A DNA stretch of 64,000 nucleotides from a virus (lineage: Duplodnaviria; Caudoviricetes). The stretch lies in IMG/VR virus record IMGVR_UViG_3300033075_001896, positions 1-64,000 of that record. One strand, 5' to 3'. The first letter of the stretch is position 1, and every line of letters starts with the position of its first letter. Shown piece after piece: positions 1 to 8,800 of the stretch. The notes beneath the pieces were generated by a model. The model was not told the DNA's origin. It did not search any database and saw nothing but the letters and a program-made list of their open reading frames with translations. Position numbers and translations under genes: made by a program.

Positions 1-162
1 GCAATGGGGCGTGTGTTCGGGTGGGATTGGACCGAACCTGTTCGGTGGGTGTTCTGCGAAGGGATCGGGGAGCAAGGGCGCAGCGTGTGGGTGCCGACGC
101 CCAACACCACAAGCGAGAAGGACGATGGGCTGATCGCGCGTTCAGGTTCGCCCGATCTCCCG

Positions 163-180
163 TGACCCGCCGCGGAGGGC
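163..180 (+). promoter_or_regulatory. Variant of the late TGAC element upstream of the lipoprotein
   Basis: TGAC-ccgccgcg-GAGGGC matches the element, but the ATG lies further away (198) behind a GGAGGG/CCCTCC hairpin. Confidence 0.4.
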
Positions 181-197
181 TCCCGTACCCTCCGGCC

Positions 198-995
198 ATG
201 CGGTTGCCGCTCTCCTGCCTCTTCCTCGCCCTCACGCTCGCCGCCTGTTCGTCCGATCCCGCCGCGCCCCCGCCGCTCACCGACGCGGGCCCCGAGGTCG
301 GCGGCGATGTGCAACGCCTGCCCGACGTGGGGACGGACACGGGCACGGACACCGGGGCGGACCTCGGCGACGTCGACGCGGGCCTCGTGGACGTGGCGAC
401 CGATCAGAAGCTCCCGCTCGACGCAGGCCCCGAGACGAGCACCCCCGACGCGGGCGGTGAGGATCGGGTGGACGCCGGCGGCCCGCTCGACGTGCCCGAG
501 GACCGGCCGCAGCTCCCGACGGACACCGGCACGGACACGGGCGGGGTCGACGTCGTCGCCGATCGACCGACGTGCGCCGAGGGAACGACCGAGTGCTCGA
601 ACGCGACGACGATGCGGGTGTGCCGGGGCGGGAGCTGGACGGCGATCGCGTGCGGGCGCTCGACGAGCGGTACGCAGGAGGTGTGCACCGCGAGCTCGCG
701 CGCGTGCGGCCTCGCGTCGCCCCCCTGCACGGCCGACGCGCAGTGCGGCTACGGGTACGTGGCCTGTGTCGCCGCGGTGTGCCTCTGGCGGGGGGCGGTG
801 GCCTGCACCGACGACCTCGCGTGCGAAGACGTGTACGGGGCGGGGGCGCCCTTCCGGTGCGTCGCCGCGACGTTCCACGGCCAGGCCGTGCGGGTCTGCC
901 AGGAGATGAGCTACCTGCCGCGGCCGTGCGTGCTCGATCGCCAGTGCCCGACCGGCAGGCGGTGCGAGGTCGCGACGGGCTTGTGCGTGCGGTGA
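198..995 (+). CDS. Cys-rich lipoprotein (myxobacterial type), moron-like
   Basis: Signal peptide MRLPLSCLFLALTLAAC with lipobox, DAG/DTG low-complexity linker, C-terminal Cys repeats (CxxDxQC). Confidence 0.75.
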   Translation: MRLPLSCLFLALTLAACSSDPAAPPPLTDAGPEVGGDVQRLPDVGTDTGTDTGADLGDVDAGLVDVATDQKLPLDAGPETSTPDAGGEDRVDAGGPLDVPEDRPQLPTDTGTDTGGVDVVADRPTCAEGTTECSNATTMRVCRGGSWTAIACGRSTSGTQEVCTASSRACGLASPPCTADAQCGYGYVACVAAVCLWRGAVACTDDLACEDVYGAGAPFRCVAATFHGQAVRVCQEMSYLPRPCVLDRQCPTGRRCEVATGLCVR

Positions 996-996
996 G

Positions 997-1638
997 CTAC
1001 GGCAGGAGGAGGTCGTTGGCGCCCTCGGTGATCGTCCCGTCGCACTGGACGGGCGCGGTCGTGGTGAGGGTGGCGGGGCTTCCGCCGACGGTGCCCGTGA
1101 AGGTGGTGCCGATGGGGATCGTGACGCGGACGGCGTGACCCTCGCGCGCCGCGCGGTGCGAGCCGCCCTTGATCGTCACCACCTTCGCGTCGAGCGTGAG
1201 GTCGTCGAGGTCGAGCGTGACGGGCTTCTCCGTCGAGACCTCGAGGTCGCCGTGCGCCTTCTCCAGCACCTTCACGCTGCGGCCGCGCACGAGAAGGCTC
1301 TTGGCCGGGTAGCGGTCGCGCGTCGCGCGGGCCGAGGACTTCACGTCGGGATCGACCTCGGCGGCGAGCATCGGTCCCGCCAACCACACGGGCCGCTCCG
1401 GGTCGCCGTCGAGGAACATCACCGCGACCGTGGCGCCGATCGCGGGCACGAGGAAGGTGCCGCGCGCGACGCGGGCGTCCTTCCCGTACGACTGCCCGAT
1501 CGCGGGCACCCACGCGGGGAGCGGGCGCGTCTGGTGGATCGCCGGGACGAGGATCTTCAGGCGCCCGCGCTGTTCGGGGTCGTTGTGGTCGCGCACCGTC
1601 CCGAGCGTCACGCCGAACCGACGGGGGCCGTCATCCAT
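997..1638 (-). CDS. Baseplate spike / assembly protein V (gp5 OB-fold, gpV-like)
   Basis: GTVRDHNDPEQRGRLKILVP...W...GTFLVPAIGATVAVMFLDGDPERPVWLAG is the typical gpV/Vgr OB-fold signature; C-terminal AAREGH...GTITEG. Confidence 0.85.
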   Translation of the reverse strand: MDDGPRRFGVTLGTVRDHNDPEQRGRLKILVPAIHQTRPLPAWVPAIGQSYGKDARVARGTFLVPAIGATVAVMFLDGDPERPVWLAGPMLAAEVDPDVKSSARATRDRYPAKSLLVRGRSVKVLEKAHGDLEVSTEKPVTLDLDDLTLDAKVVTIKGGSHRAAREGHAVRVTIPIGTTFTGTVGGSPATLTTTAPVQCDGTITEGANDLLLP

Positions 1639-2365
1639 GGTGTTCGTCCTTCTGCCCCTTCGGACGGCCGTCGACCGCCCGCACGGGCCCCGGGCGGCCG
1701 AGGAGCGGGCGGAGCGTGCGGATCGCGGCCCAGACGACCTTGTGAATGGCCTGCCGCGAGACGCCGCGGCGCTCGCCGATCTCCTTGCGGCTCCTGCCGC
1801 TCAGGAACATCTTCAGGACCTCGCGCTGCGGCTCGGTGAGGAGCCCCGGCGTCTCGACGAGTGCGAGGAGCCGCCGGCCGCCGCACGTCTTGAGGAGCGA
1901 CCGCCACCGATCGTCCGTCTCGGTGCCCGCGAAGGGGTTCTCGGGCTCGTCGGCCCACTCCGCCGGGATGGTCAAAAAGGCTTCGTCGTGGCCGCCGCCG
2001 TTCATCAGCGCGGGGGACGAGACCTCGTTGTAGGCGCGCACCTCTTCGGGCGGCAGGAGCCGCGTGAGGAGCTGGCAGGGTGCGCGGCAGGTGGGGCGCT
2101 CGCGGCACCCCTCGCAGGGCTTCAGCGGGTCGGGGCCGCCGCGCTCGCGGCGCCACGCGAGGAGGTCGCCCTGTTCGGGGACACGGTGCGCGTCGAGGTA
2201 GTCCTTCAGCCACGCACCGAGGCCGAGGACGACGACCGTCCGCACGACCTCCCGGCGCTTCGAGCGGCGAAGGGGGCGTGCGGCCGTCTCGACCGCCTCG
2301 GGCGCGGCGACGAACCACCCGAAGTACGCCTGACTCGTTGTGGGCGCGCGTCGCATCGGCGTCAT
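1631..2365 (-). CDS. Cys-cluster + sigma-70 region 4-like HTH protein (putative transcription regulator)
   Basis: CEGCRERPTCRAPC; C-terminal LTEPQREVL...SRKEIGERRGVSRQAIHK; ATGA overlap with the upstream gene. Confidence 0.7.
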   Translation of the reverse strand: MTPMRRAPTTSQAYFGWFVAAPEAVETAARPLRRSKRREVVRTVVVLGLGAWLKDYLDAHRVPEQGDLLAWRRERGGPDPLKPCEGCRERPTCRAPCQLLTRLLPPEEVRAYNEVSSPALMNGGGHDEAFLTIPAEWADEPENPFAGTETDDRWRSLLKTCGGRRLLALVETPGLLTEPQREVLKMFLSGRSRKEIGERRGVSRQAIHKVVWAAIRTLRPLLGRPGPVRAVDGRPKGQKDEHHG

Positions 2366-3087
2366 CTCCCCTCCAGAAACGGCACGAGGTACGCGGGGCC
2401 TCGGGCGGGCCACGCGGCGAGCTCCTTCGGGCCGACCGAAGGCGGGCCGCCGCGCACCGAGGTCCAGAGCGTGTCGAGCACCGTCCAGGGGACGGCGAAG
2501 CGGAGCGGGCCCGCGGCGCGCTCGAACTCGACCACCACGAGGACGAGGGCCGCGGCGCACTGCGCGTAGCGCGTGAGCGCGTCGCGTTGGTGGCGCGCGA
2601 TCCCCGCGCGGTCGATCGTGCCGTCGGGGCGCTCGCGGTCGCGGTGCAGGCGCCCGGCGCGGTGCTTGGCCTCGATCACGAGCATGCGCTCGCGGGTCGC
2701 GCCGAGGTAGTCCGGGGGGGCGGTGCCCGAGATCGCCGCGAGGAGTCGCCCCCGGCCGTCGAACTGCGCGCGCCCACCCTCGACGTGGGGCTCCGACGGG
2801 GCGCCGATCTTCTCGATGACCAGGGCGTGCCCGTGCTCGATCGCGTACCGATGCTGCGCGGCGCACCACGCCTCGAAGGACTCGCCCGCGGCGTGCGCCG
2901 CCGCCCCGTGCGCCGCGTGCTCGGCACGGGCCGCGAGCGCGCGGTCGAGCGCGGGGAGCTCGGAGGGCGGCACGGCCGCGCGGCGGAGCGTGTCGAGCGG
3001 GTCGCGGCGCGCGGGCACCTGGGTGAGGTGGGCGTTGCGCTCGCGGAGGGAGGGCGGCAGGCTTTCGAAGAGCTCCCGCGGCTTCAT
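2362..3087 (-). CDS. RecU-like Holliday junction resolvase (PD-(D/E)XK)
   Basis: AGESFE...PPDYLG...VIEAKH...HQRDAL motifs. Confidence 0.7.
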   Translation of the reverse strand: MKPRELFESLPPSLRERNAHLTQVPARRDPLDTLRRAAVPPSELPALDRALAARAEHAAHGAAAHAAGESFEAWCAAQHRYAIEHGHALVIEKIGAPSEPHVEGGRAQFDGRGRLLAAISGTAPPDYLGATRERMLVIEAKHRAGRLHRDRERPDGTIDRAGIARHQRDALTRYAQCAAALVLVVVEFERAAGPLRFAVPWTVLDTLWTSVRGGPPSVGPKELAAWPARGPAYLVPFLEGR

Positions 3088-3190
3088 CGGTTACCTCGGG
3101 GGGAGGCGACGGCCGGGACGCACGCGCGGGCGCGCGCAACCGACGCGGGGCGCGCGGGCAGAGAAGGGTGGTGTCGGTCCTCGGGAAGCA

Positions 3191-3406
3191 TCAGGGGAGG
3201 GTCTCGGGCACCTCCTTTCGGGCGCGGGCGACGCGCTCCTCGCGGAGCCGCACGTCGAGCGCCGCGCCGTCGTCGATGCGCCGACGCACCTCGACACGGT
3301 CGACGCCGAGCGCGCGCGCGAGCTGGCCCTCGCTCACCGCCGCCACGTCGGTCACGCGGAAGAGGAGCCAGTCCAGGGCCTCGCGCTCGGTGAGGGCGCC
3401 GCTCAC
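3191..3406 (-). CDS. Small hypothetical protein (HTH-like)
   Basis: SEGQLARALGVDRVEVR; GTGA coupling to the MTase. Confidence 0.5.
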   Translation of the reverse strand: MSGALTEREALDWLLFRVTDVAAVSEGQLARALGVDRVEVRRRIDDGAALDVRLREERVARARKEVPETLP

Positions 3407-4323
3407 GCCGCCGCCTCGCGATCCGCCTTCGGCGCCGTGGCCGCCACGCCGAGGAGCGAGAGCTGATTCTTCTGCACCTTGAGCTCGTCGCCGACGTTCC
3501 GCGCCGCGGTGAGGTGGTACTCGGGCTTGAGCTCGGTGCCGACGTACCGCCGACCGCGCTTCGCGCAGACGACGCCGGTCGAGCCGACGCCGCCGAAGGG
3601 GTCGAACACGAGGTCGCCGGGGTTCGACCAGAGCACCACGCAGCGGTCGATGGGCCACCGTTGGAGGGCGCAGATGTGCTTCGTGTCGTCGGGTGCGCCG
3701 GTCCCCCGCGTCTGGAGCACGTCCGTCTCCGGACCCCGCCACGTCCCGCGCGCCCACTCGATCCACTGCTCCTCGGTGATCTCCCCACGCTCGAAGGAGG
3801 TCACGGGCGGCGCCTCGCCCTCCTTCTGAAACACGTAGAGGTAGTCGTTGCGGATCGGGAAGCACTTCCCCGTGTCCGTGTGCAGCGTCTTGAACTGGAT
3901 CGAATGGAGGTGCATCCTCGACGCGACGGCCTGCGCGTCCTTCTCGATCGCGACCTTCGCCCGCAGGTGGAACCCCGCGGCCTCCATCGCGTCGTGGAGC
4001 CTGCCGCCGAAGTCCTTCAGACCCTGGAAGCCGTCCTTCACGCCCCACGCGATGAGGTCCGTCCAGTGCAGCACCACGACGCCCCCGGGCGCCATCACGC
4101 GGAAGAGTTGCTCGGTGAAGAACCGCCACGCGAGGTTGAAGCCCTCGGGGCGGTTGTTGCCCATGTCGGCTTCGTCGTTACTGTACGTGAAGAAGTCCGC
4201 GAACGGGGGGCTCGTCACCACGAGGCGGACGCAGCCCTCGGGCATTGCGGCCATGGCCTCGATGTTGTCGGCGTGGACGAGCGTGTGATCTTCGTTCGTC
4301 ACGGGGTCATGCAGCGTGCTCAC
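3403..4323 (-). CDS. DNA amino-methyltransferase (N4C/N6A, beta-class order)
   Basis: VTSPPF catalytic motif before DPFGGVGSTG SAM-binding motif; SNPGDLVFDPF. Confidence 0.9.
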   Translation of the reverse strand: MSTLHDPVTNEDHTLVHADNIEAMAAMPEGCVRLVVTSPPFADFFTYSNDEADMGNNRPEGFNLAWRFFTEQLFRVMAPGGVVVLHWTDLIAWGVKDGFQGLKDFGGRLHDAMEAAGFHLRAKVAIEKDAQAVASRMHLHSIQFKTLHTDTGKCFPIRNDYLYVFQKEGEAPPVTSFERGEITEEQWIEWARGTWRGPETDVLQTRGTGAPDDTKHICALQRWPIDRCVVLWSNPGDLVFDPFGGVGSTGVVCAKRGRRYVGTELKPEYHLTAARNVGDELKVQKNQLSLLGVAATAPKADREAAA

Positions 4324-6076
4324 GGATCGTCTCCTCGATGGGGCGGTAGGGGCGCAGACCTGCAAGCGCCGTGCGATCGGCGGGCGAGAGCTGGTGGCGG
4401 GTGCGGTGCTTGCTCGGCGAGGGCGCGCCCCGCCACGCGTCGAGGTCGGCGCGCATCGCCGCGCAGTAGGCGCGCTCCATCTCCGCGGCGTCCGTGAGCC
4501 AGCGCCCGCGCTTCTCGCGCACGTTCGCCAGCATGGACGCTTCGAGGGGCGTCACGACGTAGTAGCAGTGGACGGTGTTCTCCTGGCCGTCGCGCCACAC
4601 GCGGCTGAACGCCTGGTGGTCCTGCTCGAAGGAGTCGTTGATCCCGCTGAAAACACAGACCGACGCGCCCTGGAGGTTCACGCCGAACCCCAGGGCCGTG
4701 ACCTTCGCGACGAGCGCGTCGATGCGCCCCGCGTTCAGGTCCTCAACGGCCGCGTACTGCGCGGCATCGGACGTCTCGGCCGTCACCTCGACGACCTTCA
4801 CGCCGCGCGCGCGCAGGGCCTGGGTGATGAGCGCGGACTCCTCGTTGTACTGGACCCAGACCACCGACCGCTCGCCCGCGAGCGCGTGGCGGGCGACGAT
4901 GTCGGCCACCGCGGCGGGCTTGCGCGAGGGGATGTGGAGGGTGCGGCGCGTCTTCTTCGACTTCCCCTTCGCCCCCTCGACCGTCTCGTTCGCGTAGAGG
5001 AACCCGCGCGCGACCTGGGAGAGGCGCTGCTGGAGCGAGACCCCGACGGCCTCGTGGTAGAGCGACATCTGCCCCTTGCGGGAGGACGCCGCGCGCAGCT
5101 CGCGCGACACCCGCTCCTGCTCGGGGGTGAGCGCGACCTCCACGTCCTCGAACACGGGCGGGGGGATGGGCTTGAGGCGCGGGGCGAACCCGTACACCGC
5201 GGGGTCGCGGATCCAGATCGACCAGGAGGCCATGAAGGCGTAGTAGGCGTCCCGCGCGTGCGGGCGCAGGACCCAACCGCACTCCTCGGTCGAGTCGAAG
5301 AAGTCCGCGAAGAACTCCTTGTGGGAGCTCACCGCCCGCACGAGCAGGGCCTGCGCGGCGTACTCGCGCTCCTCGTTCGGCGCCGGGGTCGCGGTGCATC
5401 CGAGCACGTACTCCACCGGCTTGAACGACGCGAGCACGTTCTTCCAAAGCACGCCCCCGGCCTGCTTGATCTTCGAAGCCTCGTCGAGGATCGCGCCGCC
5501 AAGGGACTTGAGGTCCCGTGGCTTGCGGAAGAGGTCGACGTTCACGATCCCGAGCGCGGGCGCCGTGGGGTCGCGGACCCAGGCGTCAAAGCCCCCCTTC
5601 CACTCCATCACGTTCGCGGGGGTCGGCGCGTCGGGCCAGAACTTCTTGTACTCGCCGAGCAGGGGGTACACGACGCCCTTCGGCGCGACCACGAGGACTT
5701 TCTTCCCGGTGCGCTTCACGGCCTGGCGCGCGAAGGTCCAGAGGCAGGGGCTCTTGCCGAAGCCGCAGCGGCCGAAGAGGTCGAAGCAGCGGCGGCGCAG
5801 GGCGACGTCGACCACGTAGCGCTGGTCGGGGTAGAGGAAGGGGGCCTCGTCGTCGTCGAGGCCCCCCGCGAGCGCGCGCACGTCCACGCCGAGGCGGGCG
5901 AGGTCGGCGACGTGGCAGGTGAGCGTGCGGGCCCGCGCGTCCACCTCGACGCGCGGGAGCGCCGCCTTGATCGACACGAAGGTCCGGTAGCTCTCGATCG
6001 ACCAGTCGGGGAGCGCGAAGGTCGCGCGCGTGTCCGTGGTCGTGAGCGTCGCGTTGCCGAAGGTGGGGAGCGTCAC
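4307..6076 (-). CDS. SNF2-like superfamily 2 helicase
   Basis: CGFGKS, ILDEAS, CTATPAPN, GFGVNLQ, QAFSRVWRDGQ. Confidence 0.85.
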   Translation of the reverse strand: MTLPTFGNATLTTTDTRATFALPDWSIESYRTFVSIKAALPRVEVDARARTLTCHVADLARLGVDVRALAGGLDDDEAPFLYPDQRYVVDVALRRRCFDLFGRCGFGKSPCLWTFARQAVKRTGKKVLVVAPKGVVYPLLGEYKKFWPDAPTPANVMEWKGGFDAWVRDPTAPALGIVNVDLFRKPRDLKSLGGAILDEASKIKQAGGVLWKNVLASFKPVEYVLGCTATPAPNEEREYAAQALLVRAVSSHKEFFADFFDSTEECGWVLRPHARDAYYAFMASWSIWIRDPAVYGFAPRLKPIPPPVFEDVEVALTPEQERVSRELRAASSRKGQMSLYHEAVGVSLQQRLSQVARGFLYANETVEGAKGKSKKTRRTLHIPSRKPAAVADIVARHALAGERSVVWVQYNEESALITQALRARGVKVVEVTAETSDAAQYAAVEDLNAGRIDALVAKVTALGFGVNLQGASVCVFSGINDSFEQDHQAFSRVWRDGQENTVHCYYVVTPLEASMLANVREKRGRWLTDAAEMERAYCAAMRADLDAWRGAPSPSKHRTRHQLSPADRTALAGLRPYRPIEETIREHAA

Positions 6077-6549
6077 GCCTCACCTCCGGGGGCGGTCGTC
6101 GTGGGGGTCGCGACCGAGTGTTCGAACGGCTCCTCCACCAGCATCCGGTGATGTGGGATCGGGATGTAGAGCCACACGTGACCGGGCTTCGGGGGGTGCG
6201 CGAGCGTCGCCCGCGCTTCCGCGCACTCAGGCGCGTCGTCGGGCGCGATCACGTCCTCGCGCGCCACGAAGTCGATGGCGATCACCATCTGATCCGAACC
6301 CGCGGGGATGCGGGGGTTGGGGCAGACGAGGAGCACGTGCGTGCGGTCGTAGCCCGCGGCGGCCATCGTCCGCTTCGCGGTGAGGATCTCCGCGTCGAGC
6401 TCCTTCCGCAGGGACGCGAAGATGGCGTAGGGGTTCTCGATCGCGGCGTCGCGGTACGCCCGCTCCTTCGCGCGGCGTCCCTCGATGCGCGCGCGGAGCG
6501 CCCCGTGCACGCCGCCGCGTCCTCGGATGGGGACCTTGGGGCGGCTCAC
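6073..6549 (-). CDS. Hypothetical protein
   Basis: Coupled (GTGA) to both neighbours; protein-like composition. Confidence 0.55.
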   Translation of the reverse strand: MSRPKVPIRGRGGVHGALRARIEGRRAKERAYRDAAIENPYAIFASLRKELDAEILTAKRTMAAAGYDRTHVLLVCPNPRIPAGSDQMVIAIDFVAREDVIAPDDAPECAEARATLAHPPKPGHVWLYIPIPHHRMLVEEPFEHSVATPTTTAPGGEA

Positions 6550-7349
6550 GGCAGGCCCTCGAAGGTCTGGAGGTAGCCGCGCACCTTCTCTGCGTCGAGC
6601 ACGTCGTGGCCGGGGAGGTGGAAGTCGTGGCTCGCCGGGACGCGGAGGTTCGACTCGGCGTCGAAAGAGAGCCGCGCGAAGACGGCCTCGTCGAGGATGC
6701 CGTGCAGCACGCCGAGGACGGGCCGCGCGTCGGGGCCGAGTCCGCCCGCGACGCCGAGGCCCACGTGGCGCGTGTCGGCCTGAAGCTCGTGCAGGCGGAT
6801 CTCGTCGGCGGTGGCCTCCACCGGGAGGGGGCGACCCGTGCCGCGCGAGAGGTCGAGGAGGAGGTGATCGACCACGCGGCCGTAGTCCGCGAGGACCGCC
6901 CACGGGTTCAACCCCGCGCCCGCGTACTGCGCGCGGGTCTCGCCCGACACCTGGAGCACGATCTCCACCCACGGGTGCAGCCGCCGGAACTCCTCGACGA
7001 CCTCGACCGCGGGGCAGATGATGTTGAGCTGGAGCATCCGCATCGCCGGGACGGCGTTCGCCAGCGCGACGAGCTCGGCCAGGAGGTCGCCGCCGTTCGT
7101 GCGGCTGTTGTAGTGGACGGCCGGGGTCACGACCGACTGTGCGAGCGCGGCGCAGAGGACCTGTGCGTCTGCGAGTGAGGGGTAGCGCAGGCTCTCGACG
7201 CGCTGGCCGCCGAGCGTCTTGCGGCTCACGAGGACGGCGCCGACGAGGCGCCGCGTGAGTGCGGGGAACTCCTTGGCGAGGCTCAACAGAAGCGCCACGT
7301 CGGTCGGCGACGCGACCCCCGAGACGGCGATGTAGGGGCGTGCTTTCAT
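6546..7349 (-). CDS. TIM-barrel protein, phosphoribosylanthranilate-isomerase-like
   Basis: IAVSG...LQLN...LLLDLSRGTG...GVAGGLGPD...SFDAESNLR pattern of TrpF-like barrels. Confidence 0.6.
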   Translation of the reverse strand: MKARPYIAVSGVASPTDVALLLSLAKEFPALTRRLVGAVLVSRKTLGGQRVESLRYPSLADAQVLCAALAQSVVTPAVHYNSRTNGGDLLAELVALANAVPAMRMLQLNIICPAVEVVEEFRRLHPWVEIVLQVSGETRAQYAGAGLNPWAVLADYGRVVDHLLLDLSRGTGRPLPVEATADEIRLHELQADTRHVGLGVAGGLGPDARPVLGVLHGILDEAVFARLSFDAESNLRVPASHDFHLPGHDVLDAEKVRGYLQTFEGLP

Positions 7350-8800
7350 GACTCATCCTCCCAGGCAGTTTCAATGCCATCGTGGGTCGGTTCTTCCGGC
7401 GGCACTTCCTTGAAGGAATTCCCGTCGAACATCTCCGACTGAAGATCCATGAAGCGCGTGATGTGCCTGGCGAAGCGGAGGCGCACGGTGTCGGTGGGTC
7501 CGCTCCGCTGCTTCGCGACGATGACCTCGGCGATGCCCTTGTCCTCGGTGTCCTTGTTGTAGACCTCGTCGCGGTAGATGAACATCACCACGTCGCTGTC
7601 TTGCTCCAGGCTCCCCGACTCGCGGAGGTCGGCGAGCATGGGGCGCTTGTTCTTGCCGGGACGTGTCTCGCACCCGCGGTTGAGCTGCGCGAGGGCGAGG
7701 AAGGGGCATTTGAACTCCTTCGCGAAGCTTTTGATGGAGCGCGAGACCTCCGCCACCTCTTGCTCGCGGTTCGACTCCTTGCGGTCGAGCTTCGCGCGCA
7801 TGAGCTGAAGGTAGTCGATCACGACCAGGCGCAGGCGCTTGTGCTTGAGGCGCATCCGGTAGAGGAGCGATTTGAGGTCGTGCAGCCAATAGGTCGCGTC
7901 GTGGATGTAGATCGGGAGGTGCGCGAGCTCGTTGGCTACCGCACTAACGCGATCAATCGTCTCTGAGGGAAGGGAACCCGGGCTCTTGAGTTCAGCCTCA
8001 GTCACGCCGGTAAGTTGCGAGGTGAGGCGTCGAACAATTTCGACCCTCGGCATTTCGATGGACACGAAAAGGCAAACGCCTTCTTCGTTGCGCGCGACGA
8101 GATCCTTCCCCGCGGCCACGAGCATCCCGAGACCGAGGCTCGTTTTTCCCATCGCCGGACGCGCGGCGAGGGTGATCATCTGTCCGTCGCTGTACCCACC
8201 GAGAAGTTCATCCAGGGACTTGAAACCCGTCGTGCGCCCAATCGTTTCGAGCGACGAACCATCCACGATGAGATTCATCAGCTCCGTCACGCCGTCGCTC
8301 ATGGACACCGCATCTTCGATCGTCGCACGCTCCGCGATGACCGTCTCCATCGACGAAGCTTCCTTCACCACGTCTTCGTAGGAGCCTTGCGCGGAGGCCA
8401 TCAACGTACGGAGCGCGGCGCGCTGGATGCGACGAACGGCGGCGGCGCGAAGGAGATCCTCCATCCACTGCTCCGCCCACACACTCGCGGCCGCGTGCGC
8501 GATGAGTTCGTGCAGGAACCGAGCACCGCCGACCGCATCGTGAGCGCCCGCCTCGCGCAGGGCGCGCGCCATCGTCCCGATCGTGAGCGTAATGTTGGCG
8601 CTCAGAAGTCCCGTGGCGACCTCCCAGACCTTCGCGACGCGAGGGTCGTGGAAGTCCTCGGGAAGCACCCGGCCCACGACCCTCGGCCAGACTTCTTCAG
8701 GTTTGTCGAGAAGCGCCCCCGCGAGGGCTTCCTCCACCTCTTGATCCCAGCGAGGCGGGATGATGTCCGCGATCGACTCGATCGTTTGCATGTTGCTCAC
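7346..8800 (-). CDS. dnaB: Replicative DNA helicase
   Basis: AARPAMGKT, VVIDYLQLM, LAQLNR, RPMLADLRESGSLEQDSD, KQRSGP. Confidence 0.97.
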   Translation of the reverse strand: MSNMQTIESIADIIPPRWDQEVEEALAGALLDKPEEVWPRVVGRVLPEDFHDPRVAKVWEVATGLLSANITLTIGTMARALREAGAHDAVGGARFLHELIAHAAASVWAEQWMEDLLRAAAVRRIQRAALRTLMASAQGSYEDVVKEASSMETVIAERATIEDAVSMSDGVTELMNLIVDGSSLETIGRTTGFKSLDELLGGYSDGQMITLAARPAMGKTSLGLGMLVAAGKDLVARNEEGVCLFVSIEMPRVEIVRRLTSQLTGVTEAELKSPGSLPSETIDRVSAVANELAHLPIYIHDATYWLHDLKSLLYRMRLKHKRLRLVVIDYLQLMRAKLDRKESNREQEVAEVSRSIKSFAKEFKCPFLALAQLNRGCETRPGKNKRPMLADLRESGSLEQDSDVVMFIYRDEVYNKDTEDKGIAEVIVAKQRSGPTDTVRLRFARHITRFMDLQSEMFDGNSFKEVPPEEPTHDGIETAWEDES

